DNA of 64,000 nt. Origin: Thermodesulfobacteriota bacterium (GTDB lineage: Bacteria > Desulfobacterota_D > UBA1144). A program made the translations under genes and the position numbers. The stretch is from contig JAYYZJ010000003.1 of the NCBI GenBank assembly GCA_036340075.1, positions 1-64,000 of the forward strand. Direction: 5' to 3'. The number at the start of each line of letters is the position of its first letter. Within the stretch, counting starts at the first letter, position 1. Positions 51,551-62,350 of the stretch are shown piece by piece. The notes beneath the pieces are model-generated. The model did no database searches. It was not told where the DNA came from and worked only from the letters and a program-made list of their open reading frames with translations.

Positions 51551-53155
51551 TTATCCTTCTCCCTCTACTTTGTTTCCATAATCATATGTTGAACCTGTTA
51601 CAGTAGGAATTTCATCAAAATTTAAAGTTGGTGGTGGCGAAGGCATGCTCCATTCCAACGACGTTGACTTGTAAGGATTTCCTTCAGCTTTAGACACAGG
51701 CTTGAAGAAATTGTATATCATTAAAATAAATCCTACTGCCAAGAACCAAGTTCCATATGTTGAAAGCTCATGGTAAAAAGTAAATTCAGGATCATAGTTA
51801 AAATATCTTCTTGGCATACCAAGTGCTCCCATTATAAATTGAGGGAAAAAAGTAACGTTGAATCCAACAAAAATAAGAACAAAAGCTATTTTGGCTTTGA
51901 ATTCATCAAACATCACTCCCCACATTTTGGGATACCAAAAATGAAGTGCTGAAAATATTCCGAACAGAGTCCCTCCAACCATTACATAGTGCATATGAGC
52001 AACGACAAAATATGTATCATGAAGATGGATATCTGCTGCAAGAGCAGCTAAGTGTAAACCGGTAAGTCCACCAATAGTAAAAAGAAAAATAAATGCTAAC
52101 GCATATAACATTGCGGCACTTAATTCGACAGAACCTTTATACATAGTCCACAACCAGTTAAAAACTTTAATAGCAGTTGGTATAGCAACAGCAAATGTAA
52201 TAGCAGAGAAAATTATATTAATCAACTTAGATTGGCCACTTGTAAACATGTGGTGTCCCCAAACAAGGAAGCTTATCAAAGCGATAGCAAGGCTTGAATA
52301 TGCAATAGCTTTGTATCCAAATATTGGTTTTCGTGAGAAAACTGGTATAACTTCGGAAATAATTCCCATTGCTGGCAAAATCATTATGTACACAGCAGGA
52401 TGAGAGTAAAACCAAAAGAAGTGTTGGAAGAGAACAGGGTCTCCTCCTTTCGCTGGATCAAAGAAACCTAATCCAAAATATCTTTCTCCTATAAGTAAGA
52501 CCAAAGTAATAGCAACAACTGGTGTAGCTAATACTTGTAAAAGTGATGTCGCATACGCAGCCCAACAAAAGAGAGGCAATCTGTCCCAAGTAAGCCCCGG
52601 GGCTCGCAACTTATGAATAGTAACAATAAAATTAATTCCTGTAAGAATTGATGAAAATCCTAATATAAAGATTCCAGTTGTAACTAATATAACGTTTGTT
52701 CCAGACTCAATCGAATATGGAGTATAAAAAGTCCAGCCTGTATCTACAGGTGCGAATAAAGCAAACAAGATTACAACTGCACCGAAACAATAAATCCAGA
52801 AACTATAGAGATTTAATTTGGGGAAGATAACATCTCTCGCTCCAATCATTAGAGGGATAAGAAAATTGCCAAAGCTTGCTGCTACCCCAGGAACAATAAA
52901 AAGGAACACCATGATTGCTCCATGCAAAGTAAACATAACATTATAAGTGTGAGCACTCATAATAGTTTGATCTGGAGTTAAATGCTCTGCTCTTACCAAA
53001 AATGATGCTATTGCTGCTATTACAAAGAAGAAGCCAATTCCAGCTAGATACATTACTCCTAATCTTTTGTGATCATGGGTAAAAAACCATGACTCAAAAG
53101 TTTTTCCGTTTTCTAAATAATTTTTTCCGTTATCAGACGACATATTATCTTTCAC
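51551..53155 (-). CDS. ctaD: Cytochrome c oxidase subunit I, A2-type
   Basis: [32 protein letters not shown]. Confidence 0.96.
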   Translation of the reverse strand: MKDNMSSDNGKNYLENGKTFESWFFTHDHKRLGVMYLAGIGFFFVIAAIASFLVRAEHLTPDQTIMSAHTYNVMFTLHGAIMVFLFIVPGVAASFGNFLIPLMIGARDVIFPKLNLYSFWIYCFGAVVILFALFAPVDTGWTFYTPYSIESGTNVILVTTGIFILGFSSILTGINFIVTIHKLRAPGLTWDRLPLFCWAAYATSLLQVLATPVVAITLVLLIGERYFGLGFFDPAKGGDPVLFQHFFWFYSHPAVYIMILPAMGIISEVIPVFSRKPIFGYKAIAYSSLAIALISFLVWGHHMFTSGQSKLINIIFSAITFAVAIPTAIKVFNWLWTMYKGSVELSAAMLYALAFIFLFTIGGLTGLHLAALAADIHLHDTYFVVAHMHYVMVGGTLFGIFSALHFWYPKMWGVMFDEFKAKIAFVLIFVGFNVTFFPQFIMGALGMPRRYFNYDPEFTFYHELSTYGTWFLAVGFILMIYNFFKPVSKAEGNPYKSTSLEWSMPSPPPTLNFDEIPTVTGSTYDYGNKVEGEG

Positions 53156-53156
53156 C

Positions 53157-54098
53157 TCATTTTAATGATTTAATATACTCAATCAGAGCAGTTATTTGCG
53201 AATCATTTAAAACTCCTTTATAAGCTGGCATTACGGGCATATATCCCTTAACAATTTTTGCTGATGGAATCTCTATAGATTCTCTTAAATAATTTTCATC
53301 AGCTGTCCCTGAGCTACCATCATCAAACTCTCTATTCTTTCCAAAAAGTCCTTTCCAAGTAGGGCCTACTCCGCCTTCGCTTCCATCGATACTATGACAA
53401 GCGACACATCCGGCGCTTTGGTATAAGCCTTTACCGACTTCATCTAAGGGTAAATCAGCTGATGCTTTTACAACATCTTCGTCAGACCCTGCTTCCCAAG
53501 ATGCATATTTTTCTGCGGACAAAACATGTACTTTGCCACCCATATCCGAATGACCTGCTCCACAATACTCAGTGCAATAAATTTTATATATTCCTTCTTT
53601 AGTAGCAGTAAAGTTTATAAATGTATATCGATTACCTAGTAAATCTTGTTTGACACGAAACGCAGGAATAAAAAAACTGTGTAATACATCTTGTGACTGC
53701 ATAACAAGTCTTATTGGTTTGTTTATTGGTACATATAGTTCATTAAGTGTAGTTTTTCCGTTTGGGTAATTAAATGTCCACATCCATTTTTGTGCTTTGA
53801 CATTTATTTCATAGGCATTTTTATCTACAGTTGTATATTCGTCATAATAAATATATCCATAAAGAAATATAACAATACACAAAATCGTTGGTATTACGGT
53901 CCAAAGTGTTTCTAAAAAACTATCACCCGTAATTGCAGGAGTGGGGTCGTTGTCACTTCTTCTTCTATATTTGATAACAAAATAAATAAGTAAAAAAGCA
54001 ATAAGAACACAAGAGGCAACAGATATAACGGTTACAAGTATTAAGACAAAATCTACTTTATCAGCAAAAGTCGAAGCAACGGGTGGCAGCCATTCCAT
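53157..54098 (-). CDS. ctaC: Cytochrome c oxidase subunit II with fused cytochrome c (caa3)
   Basis: DVLHSF, Cu[14 protein letters not shown]-terminal CVACH...M. Confidence 0.95.
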   Translation of the reverse strand: MEWLPPVASTFADKVDFVLILVTVISVASCVLIAFLLIYFVIKYRRRSDNDPTPAITGDSFLETLWTVIPTILCIVIFLYGYIYYDEYTTVDKNAYEINVKAQKWMWTFNYPNGKTTLNELYVPINKPIRLVMQSQDVLHSFFIPAFRVKQDLLGNRYTFINFTATKEGIYKIYCTEYCGAGHSDMGGKVHVLSAEKYASWEAGSDEDVVKASADLPLDEVGKGLYQSAGCVACHSIDGSEGGVGPTWKGLFGKNREFDDGSSGTADENYLRESIEIPSAKIVKGYMPVMPAYKGVLNDSQITALIEYIKSLK

Positions 54099-54101
54099 TC
54101 T

Positions 54102-54887
54102 CTAACTCCTTTTTCCTTTCCTAAACCACATAAACCCCATAAATAAACTCAGCCCCAACAATGTAGCAGCACCTCCCAATTTGATTACATTCAAAGCTTT
54201 CAGTGCATACTTTTTACCTACTGGGTCAAAATCATAACAGAAAAGCAAGACTCTGTCTGTTAATGTTGATTTCCCAATAACTCCACCAGATGCTTCTAGG
54301 AGAGCTAATTTAAAATCCTTGGGATCAAAAATTACTCCGGCTAAATATCTAGAAATTCTTCTGTCTCTGGTGAGAAATATTATACCTGCAGGATGAGCAA
54401 AATCATTCCCATCTTTTACAAACTTAAAGCCAACGGAATCTGTTATTGATTTAATGCTAGTGCTGTTAGCCACAAAGAACTCCCAACTTTCTCCATCGTT
54501 AAGTTTATTGCGATATTTTTCCGATTTCCTTTTCGCTAAATCAGGAGTTTCAGAAGGATCAAAACTAAGAGCTACTAAATTATAGTCAACTCCTGGTCTA
54601 ATTTCGTTATTTGCAGAAACTGCATCCAAAGCACCATTCAATAAAAATGTGCACATGCGAGGACAATTGTAATATGCCAGCACAAAAACAGTTGGCTTTT
54701 CTGGATCAAGCACTTGATCGAGGTTCTTGTTGGATCCATTTATATCAATTATTTCCGATTTTAAGTCTATTTTGTTTCCTAGTTTTTCTTCCCATGAGAC
54801 ATCCTTCATTTGTCTTGTATCGTTAATTCCCAATACTAAACTGGGTTGTAAAAATATAATAATGAAAAAAAAGGCCCTAAAAATCAT
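54102..54887 (-). CDS. SCO1/SenC copper chaperone
   Basis: YYNCPRMC (CxxxC), SFDPSETP, FAHPA, C-terminal LLFCYDFDP and TM. Confidence 0.9.
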   Translation of the reverse strand: MIFRAFFFIIIFLQPSLVLGINDTRQMKDVSWEEKLGNKIDLKSEIIDINGSNKNLDQVLDPEKPTVFVLAYYNCPRMCTFLLNGALDAVSANNEIRPGVDYNLVALSFDPSETPDLAKRKSEKYRNKLNDGESWEFFVANSTSIKSITDSVGFKFVKDGNDFAHPAGIIFLTRDRRISRYLAGVIFDPKDFKLALLEASGGVIGKSTLTDRVLLFCYDFDPVGKKYALKALNVIKLGGAATLLGLSLFMGFMWFRKGKRS

Positions 54888-54896
54888 ACCACTCTG

Positions 54897-54924
54897 AGTA
54901 TAAGTATATCTTTGATAGTGTCAA
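54897..54924 (-). promoter_or_regulatory. Promoter of the sco-cta operon
   Basis: TTGACA-16 nt-TATACT. Confidence 0.65.
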
Positions 54925-54968
54925 TATTTATAATTAATGTGTAGAATAAAATATATAATGCATATAAA

Positions 54969-54997
54969 TTGACAAAATGTTTTTAATTAAATAGGAT
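54969..54997 (+). promoter_or_regulatory. Promoter of the CAT-anticodon tRNA
   Basis: TTGACA-17 nt-TAGGAT. Confidence 0.65.
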
Positions 54998-55023
54998 AAG
55001 GTTTTTATTATCTATTCTATTAA

Positions 55024-55097
55024 GGGCCCATAGCTCAGCTGGTTAGAGCATCCGGCTCATAACCGGGCGGTCACTGGTTCGAATCCAGTTGGGCCCA
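55024..55097 (+). tRNA. tRNA with CAT anticodon, most likely tRNA-Ile2 (lysidine-modified); CCA not encoded
   Basis: Fully paired GGGCCCA/TGGGCCC acceptor, TCCGG-CTCATAA-CCGGG arm; no initiator GGG/CCC stem or C1:A72 mismatch. Confidence 0.93.
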
Positions 55098-55110
55098 GAG
55101 AAATTAAAAG

Positions 55111-55818
55111 ATGAAAGAGAAAATTAAAAATTTACTTGAATTGCAAAAGCTCGACATGACAATCCAAGGGATACGTGACAACTTAAAAGAAGTTCCAGAA
55201 AAGCTTAGCGAGCTTAATTCTAAAATTAATACTGACGAGGAGAAAATTAATAATCTTAAGAATGAAATATCTAATCTCGGTAAGGAAGTTAATAACTTAC
55301 AGACCCAGACTGAGGATATTGATGCAATGGTTGTTAAACTTGAAGAAAAGCTATTTTCAATCAACTCCTCTAAAGAATTTGAAGCCTTACAAAAAGAAAC
55401 AGGTGATTTAAAAAGAAAAAAACTGGAAATAGAAAATGATGAATTAAAAATAATGGAACAAATAGAATCTGCAAATCAAACCTTAGAAGAATTGGAATCT
55501 AAATTCAACGAGGAAGTTGAACCTATAAAGATAGAAATTGATAAATTGGAATCAGAGATTAAGAACTCGGAATCTGAGATTAGCTCTGTGGAAAGTTCAC
55601 GAAACGAAATAGCTAAAAATGTGGACGAACAACTCCTAAAGATTTATCAAAAACTGCTTCTGCATAATCCACCAGTTGCTGTTGAGGCTAAAGATGGAAT
55701 GTGCGGACATTGCTTTATGAAAATCCCCCCTCAGACCTATATTAAAGTTTTGGAATTAAATGAAATAATTTTATGCCCTTCTTGTACAAAAAAAATACTA
55801 ATACCAGATTTAAGTTGA
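55111..55818 (+). CDS. Coiled-coil protein with C-terminal C4 zinc ribbon (CT398/DUF164-like)
   Basis: LLELQKLD, long coil, CGHC..IPPQ..CPSC. Confidence 0.88.
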   Translation: MKEKIKNLLELQKLDMTIQGIRDNLKEVPEKLSELNSKINTDEEKINNLKNEISNLGKEVNNLQTQTEDIDAMVVKLEEKLFSINSSKEFEALQKETGDLKRKKLEIENDELKIMEQIESANQTLEELESKFNEEVEPIKIEIDKLESEIKNSESEISSVESSRNEIAKNVDEQLLKIYQKLLLHNPPVAVEAKDGMCGHCFMKIPPQTYIKVLELNEIILCPSCTKKILIPDLS

Positions 55819-55822
55819 TTAC

Positions 55823-56230
55823 ATGAGTAATATAGTCAAAATTTTTATAGATGGTGCCTGTCAACCAAATCCTGGAAATGGCGGGATTGGTATCTATTTA
55901 ATTACAGATAAAGACAAAGTTGAAATATCGAGAGCATTAGATGGAACAGTAACTAATAATATCGCAGAGTACCGGGCTTTAATTGAATCTTTAAAATTAA
56001 TTATAGAAAAAAATATATCCGATGGAGAAATACAAATCTTTTCTGATTCAAAATTAGTATGCATGCATTTCAATAAGGTCTGGAAATGTAAAGATAAGAA
56101 ATTAATTCCACTCTTAAGAGAAGCTTTAGAATTAAGTGAAAAGATTGAACTTCCCCTGACTATTGCTTTAATTCCACGAGAAGAGAATACAGTTGCGGAT
56201 AGACTTGCAAAAGATGGAATTCTAACATAG
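55823..56230 (+). CDS. rnhA: Ribonuclease HI family protein
   Basis: FIDGACQPNPG, TNNIAEY, SDSKLV, REENTVADRLA. Confidence 0.9.
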   Translation: MSNIVKIFIDGACQPNPGNGGIGIYLITDKDKVEISRALDGTVTNNIAEYRALIESLKLIIEKNISDGEIQIFSDSKLVCMHFNKVWKCKDKKLIPLLREALELSEKIELPLTIALIPREENTVADRLAKDGILT

Positions 56231-56240
56231 ATTATTAGCT

Positions 56241-56586
56241 TGAGTGAGTTGAGTGATCGCTTGTTTATACAAGAGGAAAGTCCGAGCTCTTAAGGGAAAA
56301 GGTGCTGGGTAACTCCCAGGTGTTGCGAAGCAACGGAAAGTGCCACAGAAAATAACCGCCATTAATAAACATATGATATTAATGGTAAGGGTGAAAAGGT
56401 GGTGTAAGAGACCACCGCAAGTTTTGGCGACAAAACATGGCAAGGCAAACCCCACCTAGAGAAAGACCAAGTATAGAAGCTGGTTTCCCTTCCACATGCT
56501 TCTGGGTAGGTCGCTTGAGATAATGAGTAATTGTTATCCTAGATGAATGATCGCATAGAACAGAACTCGGCTTACTAACTCACTCA
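56241..56586 (+). ncRNA. rnpB: RNase P RNA (type A-like)
   Basis: GAGGAAAGTCCGAGC near the 5' end, AGTGCCACAGAAA, ACAGAACTCGGCTTAC at the 3' end; terminal TGAGTGAGTT/AACTCACTCA P1 stem. Confidence 0.96.
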
Positions 56587-56587
56587 T

Positions 56588-57781
56588 TTAAATAAATTTA
56601 GCTTTATAAAAATTTCTTTTTCCTATTTTAATTTTCCATCGGGTTTGTTTGTCTGGCAAAACATCCAATGAAGTTAATTTTTCTTCATTTATTTCTATTG
56701 CTTTGTCTTTTATAAGTCTTTTTAATTCCGATCGTGAAAAGGTCTTTGTGGATATCTCTTCGAGAAGATCTAAAAGATTTTGGTCTAGCAATTGAATTTC
56801 TATCTCTAGAATATCGTCAGGAAAACTTTTTTCACTAAATTTACCTTCAAAATCTTTACGGGAAGAGTCTGCTAAAGATTTGCTGTAATATTCGGCAACA
56901 ATTGTGGTTCCTAATGTTTTTTTTCTCTCTAATGGATTGGGGATCTTTTTAAATTCGTCTTCCTTGTCATGATACAATAGATGAATATACTTATCCATCA
57001 ACTCGTCTGGTATTGACATAACCTTTCCAAACATTTCTTCTGGAGAATCATTTAAACTAATATGGTTATCTAAAGTCTTTGACATTTTCATTTTTCCGTC
57101 AAGACCTTCTAAGATTGGTACAAATACTCCAACTTGCTCTGGAACATTATGTGACTTTTGAATCTGCCTACCAAGTAAAATATTAAACATTTGATCTGTG
57201 CCGCCCATCTCGATATCTGATTTCAACATTACCGAATCGTAAGCCTGAAGAAGGGGATAAAGAAATTCTGTTACTGTAATTCCATCTCCTGCATTATATC
57301 TCTTTTTAAAATCATCTCTTTCGAGAAGGCGCGCTACATTTTCTTGCGATGTAAGATTAATTAATTCTGCTAAGTTGAACTTATCGAACCATTTAGAATT
57401 ATAAAAAACTTTTACATTTTTCTTTTTTAGAATTTTATATAATTGGTCTTCATATGTTTGAGCGTTTTCCTTAATGATTTTTGTATCCAATGCTGGTCTG
57501 GTTTTGTCTCTACCTGTAGGATCCCCGATTTTCGCCGTATAATCTCCGATTAAGAATAATATACTATGTCCTAAATCTTGGAAGACTTTTAGCTTTCTTA
57601 TTAACAAAGAATGTCCTAAATGTAAATTTGAAGTTGTTGGATCGAACCCTGCCTTAATCCTTAGAGGTGCTTTGTTTTCATAAGAGTCTTTTAGCTTCGA
57701 AAGCAATTCATTCTCAGGAATTATATCGCTAACATTTTCCTTGATAATATTTAATTGATCTTCGGGTTTTAAAAAATCCAT
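56588..57781 (-). CDS. tyrS: Tyrosine-tRNA ligase
   Basis: GFDPT, HLGH, EFLYPLLQAYD, GGTDQ, KMSKT, S4-like tail. Confidence 0.97.
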   Translation of the reverse strand: MDFLKPEDQLNIIKENVSDIIPENELLSKLKDSYENKAPLRIKAGFDPTTSNLHLGHSLLIRKLKVFQDLGHSILFLIGDYTAKIGDPTGRDKTRPALDTKIIKENAQTYEDQLYKILKKKNVKVFYNSKWFDKFNLAELINLTSQENVARLLERDDFKKRYNAGDGITVTEFLYPLLQAYDSVMLKSDIEMGGTDQMFNILLGRQIQKSHNVPEQVGVFVPILEGLDGKMKMSKTLDNHISLNDSPEEMFGKVMSIPDELMDKYIHLLYHDKEDEFKKIPNPLERKKTLGTTIVAEYYSKSLADSSRKDFEGKFSEKSFPDDILEIEIQLLDQNLLDLLEEISTKTFSRSELKRLIKDKAIEINEEKLTSLDVLPDKQTRWKIKIGKRNFYKAKFI

Positions 57782-57814
57782 TTTATTTATATTATTATAT
57801 TTGCAAGATTTTAA

Positions 57815-59452
57815 TCAAGCATCAATAAAACCGTTCGTTATTGGATATCTCCTATCTCGCCCAAAGGCTTTTGAAGTAATCTTTATACCCGGAGGAGATT
57901 GTCTTCTTTTGAATTCGCTATTATTAACTTTCTTGATTATTGAGGAAACAATTGATTTTTTAATATTGATAGATTTTGCAATATAGGATGCGCTTTTGCC
58001 TTCTTCAATATAAAGCTCCAATATTTGGTCCAATATCTTATATGGTGGCAACGTATCTAAATCTTTTTGGTTGTCTCTTAACTCAGCAGATGGCTCTCTT
58101 TTGAGAATACCCAATGGAATCATTTTCTTTGGATGTATCTTGTTATGAAATTTTGCAAGCTTATATACCAAGGTTTTTGGTATATCTTTTAAAATTGCAA
58201 TACCTCCTGCACTATCGCCATACAAAGTAGAATATCCAACACTAATTTCACTCTTATTTCCTGTAGCTAGTAACAGATGGCCCAATTTGTTTGACGTTGC
58301 CATAAGAATATTGGCTCGGATTCTTGATTGAAGATTTTCCTCTGTAACATCCCATTGCTTTTTTCCATAAGAGTTCACTAGTAATTTATTTGTAGCTTCA
58401 AATAAATCTTGAATTGGGGCAACAGATAAATCAAATTGTAGATTTTTTGCAAGCTCTATAGCTAAATGAAGACTTTTGAATGAATTATATATTGTGGGAA
58501 GTGCTAATCCTAATACATTTTTTTTCCCTAGAGTATTTACAGCTATTGCTGATACCAAGGCAGAATCTATTCCACCAGATACACCTAATACAACTTTGCT
58601 AAATCCATTCTTTTCTACGTAATCTTTCAATCCTAGGGACAATGCAGAGTAAATTTGCTCTGGTTCAGATTCTTCTTTTGTTTTTAAAGTTTTATTCAAA
58701 GATTTAGTTTCTTTAAATTTAAGACTTCTAATTAAAATATCTTCTTCAAATTCTTTGCCGTAGGCCTCTACATTCCCATTTCTATCAAGAATAATACTTT
58801 TACCATCAAAAACTAACTCATCCTGACCCCCGACAAGATTGCAGTAACATATCTTTATTCTATTCTTTGTAGATATTTTTTTAAGTATATTTAGTCTCTT
58901 TTTTTGCTTACCAATACTAAAAGGTGATGCTGATAAGTTCACAAGGAGATCGATATCGTTTCTGGAGATTCTTTCGTTTATTATTTTTAGATCAGTCCAT
59001 ATATCTTCACAAATAGAAATCCCAACAGTCTGATTTTTAATCTTGAAACTTACTCCTTCTATACCTTTTTCAAAATAACGATTTTCATCAAAGACTCCAT
59101 AGTTAGGAAGCTGAAACTTTTTATATTCTCCTTGAAGTTTTCCGTTAAGAAATATTCCTGCAACATTAAATAGCTTGTCATTAATTTTTTTAGGATAACC
59201 AATTATGCAAGTTATCCCTTTACTTAGCTTAGCTATTTTTTTAATAAATGCGTCCGTGGATTTAATAAATTTATTATTTAATAACAAATCTTCTGGTGGA
59301 TAACCGGTTATAGCTAGTTCGGGAAAACATAGTAGGTCAACCTTCTGTTTCTTGGCAATCTTTATAATTTTGGAAATTTTACTATAATTGTATTCCAAAT
59401 CTCCTACTTTTGAGTTAATTTGTGCCAATGCTACTTTAATACTGTTTTCCAT
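57815..59452 (-). CDS. nadE: Glutamine-dependent NAD+ synthetase
   Basis: FPEL, ICED nitrilase domain; SGGIDS, ENLQSR, TGNKSE, PSAEL. Confidence 0.96.
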   Translation of the reverse strand: MENSIKVALAQINSKVGDLEYNYSKISKIIKIAKKQKVDLLCFPELAITGYPPEDLLLNNKFIKSTDAFIKKIAKLSKGITCIIGYPKKINDKLFNVAGIFLNGKLQGEYKKFQLPNYGVFDENRYFEKGIEGVSFKIKNQTVGISICEDIWTDLKIINERISRNDIDLLVNLSASPFSIGKQKKRLNILKKISTKNRIKICYCNLVGGQDELVFDGKSIILDRNGNVEAYGKEFEEDILIRSLKFKETKSLNKTLKTKEESEPEQIYSALSLGLKDYVEKNGFSKVVLGVSGGIDSALVSAIAVNTLGKKNVLGLALPTIYNSFKSLHLAIELAKNLQFDLSVAPIQDLFEATNKLLVNSYGKKQWDVTEENLQSRIRANILMATSNKLGHLLLATGNKSEISVGYSTLYGDSAGGIAILKDIPKTLVYKLAKFHNKIHPKKMIPLGILKREPSAELRDNQKDLDTLPPYKILDQILELYIEEGKSASYIAKSINIKKSIVSSIIKKVNNSEFKRRQSPPGIKITSKAFGRDRRYPITNGFIDA

Positions 59453-59488
59453 ATTATAAAACTATAAATAATATTCTATACTGTTTTA

Positions 59489-62350
59489 ATGAATTTGATA
59501 AAATATTCAATCAAAATAGCACTATCTTTTGTTCTTTTCGCAGCAATTTGCTTCAGTTCTATTGCAAGCAACAAAGAAATAATTGATTCGACCATTTACC
59601 ATGTCAAAAAGAAATCTCATTTTTATGATTCAAGCACATATGAAAAGATTTTTGTTGCTTCTATAGACGCTGTTAATACTTTTTCTGAAGATATATTCAT
59701 TCAAATATTAGAATCTACTAAACACAATCTAAAAATAAAAATTAAAAATGCCAAGGTAGAGGAAGAATTAATTCTTTCAAAAAATAAAAATTTGGTCGAT
59801 GTGGGTAGAAATTTAAATAAAATAATTAATTTCCTAGAAAAAGAAAATATCTTGAGTGACAAAATGCTATCTTATCATGTTGCCAATGCTGTATTGCAAG
59901 AAATAGATGAATATTCATCAATTATAGAGCCGGAAGAACTTGAACAATTTATGGCAGAAACAAAGGGTAGTTTTGGTGGTATTGGAATTGTAGTAACTTT
60001 GAGAGACGAGAAGCTAACTATTATTTCTCCAATCGATGGGACACCCGCATCTAAGGCTGGAATAAAAGCAAATGATATTATACGAAGAATAGAATCTATT
60101 GATACTGCGGGCATGAGCTTACAAAAAGCAGTCACATTGTTGCGTGGTGAAAAAGGAAGTTCAACGACTCTATATATTGAAAGAGAAAATGTTGAGGACT
60201 TGATACAATTTGATGTTGTAAGAGATACGATAAAAATAGACAGTGTCTCCTCAAAAATTTTAGAAGAAAAAGTTGGGTACATTAAGATAAAAGCATTCCA
60301 AGCAAATTCTTTTGAAGATTTCGAGAAAGCTCTTAATTCACTTAGAGATAAAGGAATTGAATCGCTTATTTTAGATTTAAGGGGGAACCCTGGTGGTCTG
60401 TTTGATCAATCTTTAAAAATATCGAATATATTTTTGAAAAATAAATTGATTGTCTCCACTAGAGGAAAAAGAGCCAATATAAACAGAGACTTTTTTACAG
60501 CTAGAACCGAGGTTGAAAAATTTTTTGGTCCCGTAATAGTATTGGTCGACAGAGGTAGTGCTAGCGCCGCTGAAATAGTCGCTGGTGCCTTAAAAAATAA
60601 CAAGAGATCTCTGGTTCTTGGTGAAAAAACATTTGGAAAGGGGACAGTTCAAGAAGTTTATGAGCAAGAAGATGGTTCTGCAATTAAGCTTACAATCGCC
60701 GAATATCTCAATCCAGAAGAATATAAAGTGCATTTGAATGGAATTGTTCCGGACATACTCTTTGTACCTGTTGAATTTGAAGATGAAAAATTAATTTTTA
60801 ATAATGATTCTTCATTTATTCAATTCAATAATGAAAATAAAGGATTAGATGGATTAAGTTCAGGCAAAACTAGTTTGCAAATTTTGTATAGTAAAAAGGA
60901 AGATAAGGAAAAAGATGATGAGCTGATTCAATTTTCTCAATTTCTGTTGAACTCCGAAAGTTTAAAGAAGGTAGCATTTAATGAAAATACTGAAAATTTT
61001 CTTTCTTTAATAGAAGAAGAATTAGAAGTAAGGGTAAGGGATTTAAATTCTTCACTCACATCGAAAATAGAAAATTTCTACTTAGGAGATATTGAATCAG
61101 GCAAAGATGTCAGAATTAAGAATGAAAAAGTTGGTTTAGATATTCTCAAAACAATAAAACTAGAGTCAGGAAAAAGTGAAGAAGTTGAAGCAACAATAGA
61201 GAACAATTCTGACAAACAAATTCGCAACTTAGTTATAAGTCTAAATTCTGAAAATAGATCATTAAATAATAAATTCTTTTTTGTTGGTCTCCTCGGTGCA
61301 GGAGAAAAAAAATCAATTAGTATGAAGATCAATATCCCTAGTTGGGTAGAAAATAGCGAAGACTTGCTTAATTTTACTCTATCAAGTATCTCGTTAGATG
61401 ATCCACTCCGTCCCAGATTTCTTGAAATACAAAGAACTAGCTCCAAGGCCTTTATAACCAAAAACCGGTTTGATTACCCGCAATTTTCTTTCTTTGTATT
61501 GCCAAAAGACATTTCTGAAGAGAAAATCGAACTGGATCTAATAATAGAATTGAAAAGGATTACTCAAGAAAGAGAATTCTCTCAGGATTGTAGCAAGTGC
61601 CAAGTAAAAGTTCTTTCAAAAGATAATGACTTAATTATTAAAGCTAAATATCATAAAATTCCCGATATCCATAAAAAGGATGCGCTAATTAAAACAACTC
61701 TTTCCATTGATACTGATAATATTGAAGATGATATTGAATTTATAATTAGATTCCATGACGAGGAATCGCATTCCTTCTTTGACAAAATAGTCTCATTACC
61801 ACTTAGAGAGATGTCTAGTTATAAGAAATATAAAAATGTTTTAGATTATAGGATACAAGACAAAAATCTCTTTTTTTCTGATCCTGGAGAAGATGCAATT
61901 ATTACTGGAAGAATACATAGGGGTGGGTTAATTCAAGCTTCAGGAGAAACAGAGAATTTTGTACTGATCAATAATAACGATAGTCCCGCATTTTGGATTA
62001 AGAAATTAGATGTAGTTCAAACAAATAATGAAGAAAAGAGTAAGTTTATAGATGCAAAAATTATTAGTGAATATGAATCACCTCCTACTATGGAAATTAA
62101 AACTCAAATATTAGAAGATAAAAATAAAGCAAAAATTGTATCCTTAATTAAGGATGATACAAATCTAAGAAGTGTGAACTACTTTATCAACGGGAAGAAG
62201 ATTAGACTTGTTGCGGAAGGCAAGAGAAACATTAATGAAACATTTGGTATTCAGCTGGAGCCTGGAAGAAATAAGCTCTCAGTTATGGCGATTGATAAGA
62301 AAAATATAAAAGTTTTCGAAGATTTCTTTATAACAAGTTATGAGAAATAA
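59489..62350 (+). CDS. S41 C-terminal processing protease with long C-terminal extension
   Basis: FGGIG, PDZ, DLRGNPGG, SASAAEI, TFGKGTVQ, followed by about 500 extra residues. Confidence 0.88.
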   Translation: MNLIKYSIKIALSFVLFAAICFSSIASNKEIIDSTIYHVKKKSHFYDSSTYEKIFVASIDAVNTFSEDIFIQILESTKHNLKIKIKNAKVEEELILSKNKNLVDVGRNLNKIINFLEKENILSDKMLSYHVANAVLQEIDEYSSIIEPEELEQFMAETKGSFGGIGIVVTLRDEKLTIISPIDGTPASKAGIKANDIIRRIESIDTAGMSLQKAVTLLRGEKGSSTTLYIERENVEDLIQFDVVRDTIKIDSVSSKILEEKVGYIKIKAFQANSFEDFEKALNSLRDKGIESLILDLRGNPGGLFDQSLKISNIFLKNKLIVSTRGKRANINRDFFTARTEVEKFFGPVIVLVDRGSASAAEIVAGALKNNKRSLVLGEKTFGKGTVQEVYEQEDGSAIKLTIAEYLNPEEYKVHLNGIVPDILFVPVEFEDEKLIFNNDSSFIQFNNENKGLDGLSSGKTSLQILYSKKEDKEKDDELIQFSQFLLNSESLKKVAFNENTENFLSLIEEELEVRVRDLNSSLTSKIENFYLGDIESGKDVRIKNEKVGLDILKTIKLESGKSEEVEATIENNSDKQIRNLVISLNSENRSLNNKFFFVGLLGAGEKKSISMKINIPSWVENSEDLLNFTLSSISLDDPLRPRFLEIQRTSSKAFITKNRFDYPQFSFFVLPKDISEEKIELDLIIELKRITQEREFSQDCSKCQVKVLSKDNDLIIKAKYHKIPDIHKKDALIKTTLSIDTDNIEDDIEFIIRFHDEESHSFFDKIVSLPLREMSSYKKYKNVLDYRIQDKNLFFSDPGEDAIITGRIHRGGLIQASGETENFVLINNNDSPAFWIKKLDVVQTNNEEKSKFIDAKIISEYESPPTMEIKTQILEDKNKAKIVSLIKDDTNLRSVNYFINGKKIRLVAEGKRNINETFGIQLEPGRNKLSVMAIDKKNIKVFEDFFITSYEK

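Noticed and set aside
55024..55097. Initiator tRNA-fMet call
   Set aside because: G1-C72 is paired and the anticodon stem lacks three consecutive G-C pairs of the initiator type.
56222..56455. 77 aa minus-strand ORF
   Set aside because: Antisense to the RNase P RNA.
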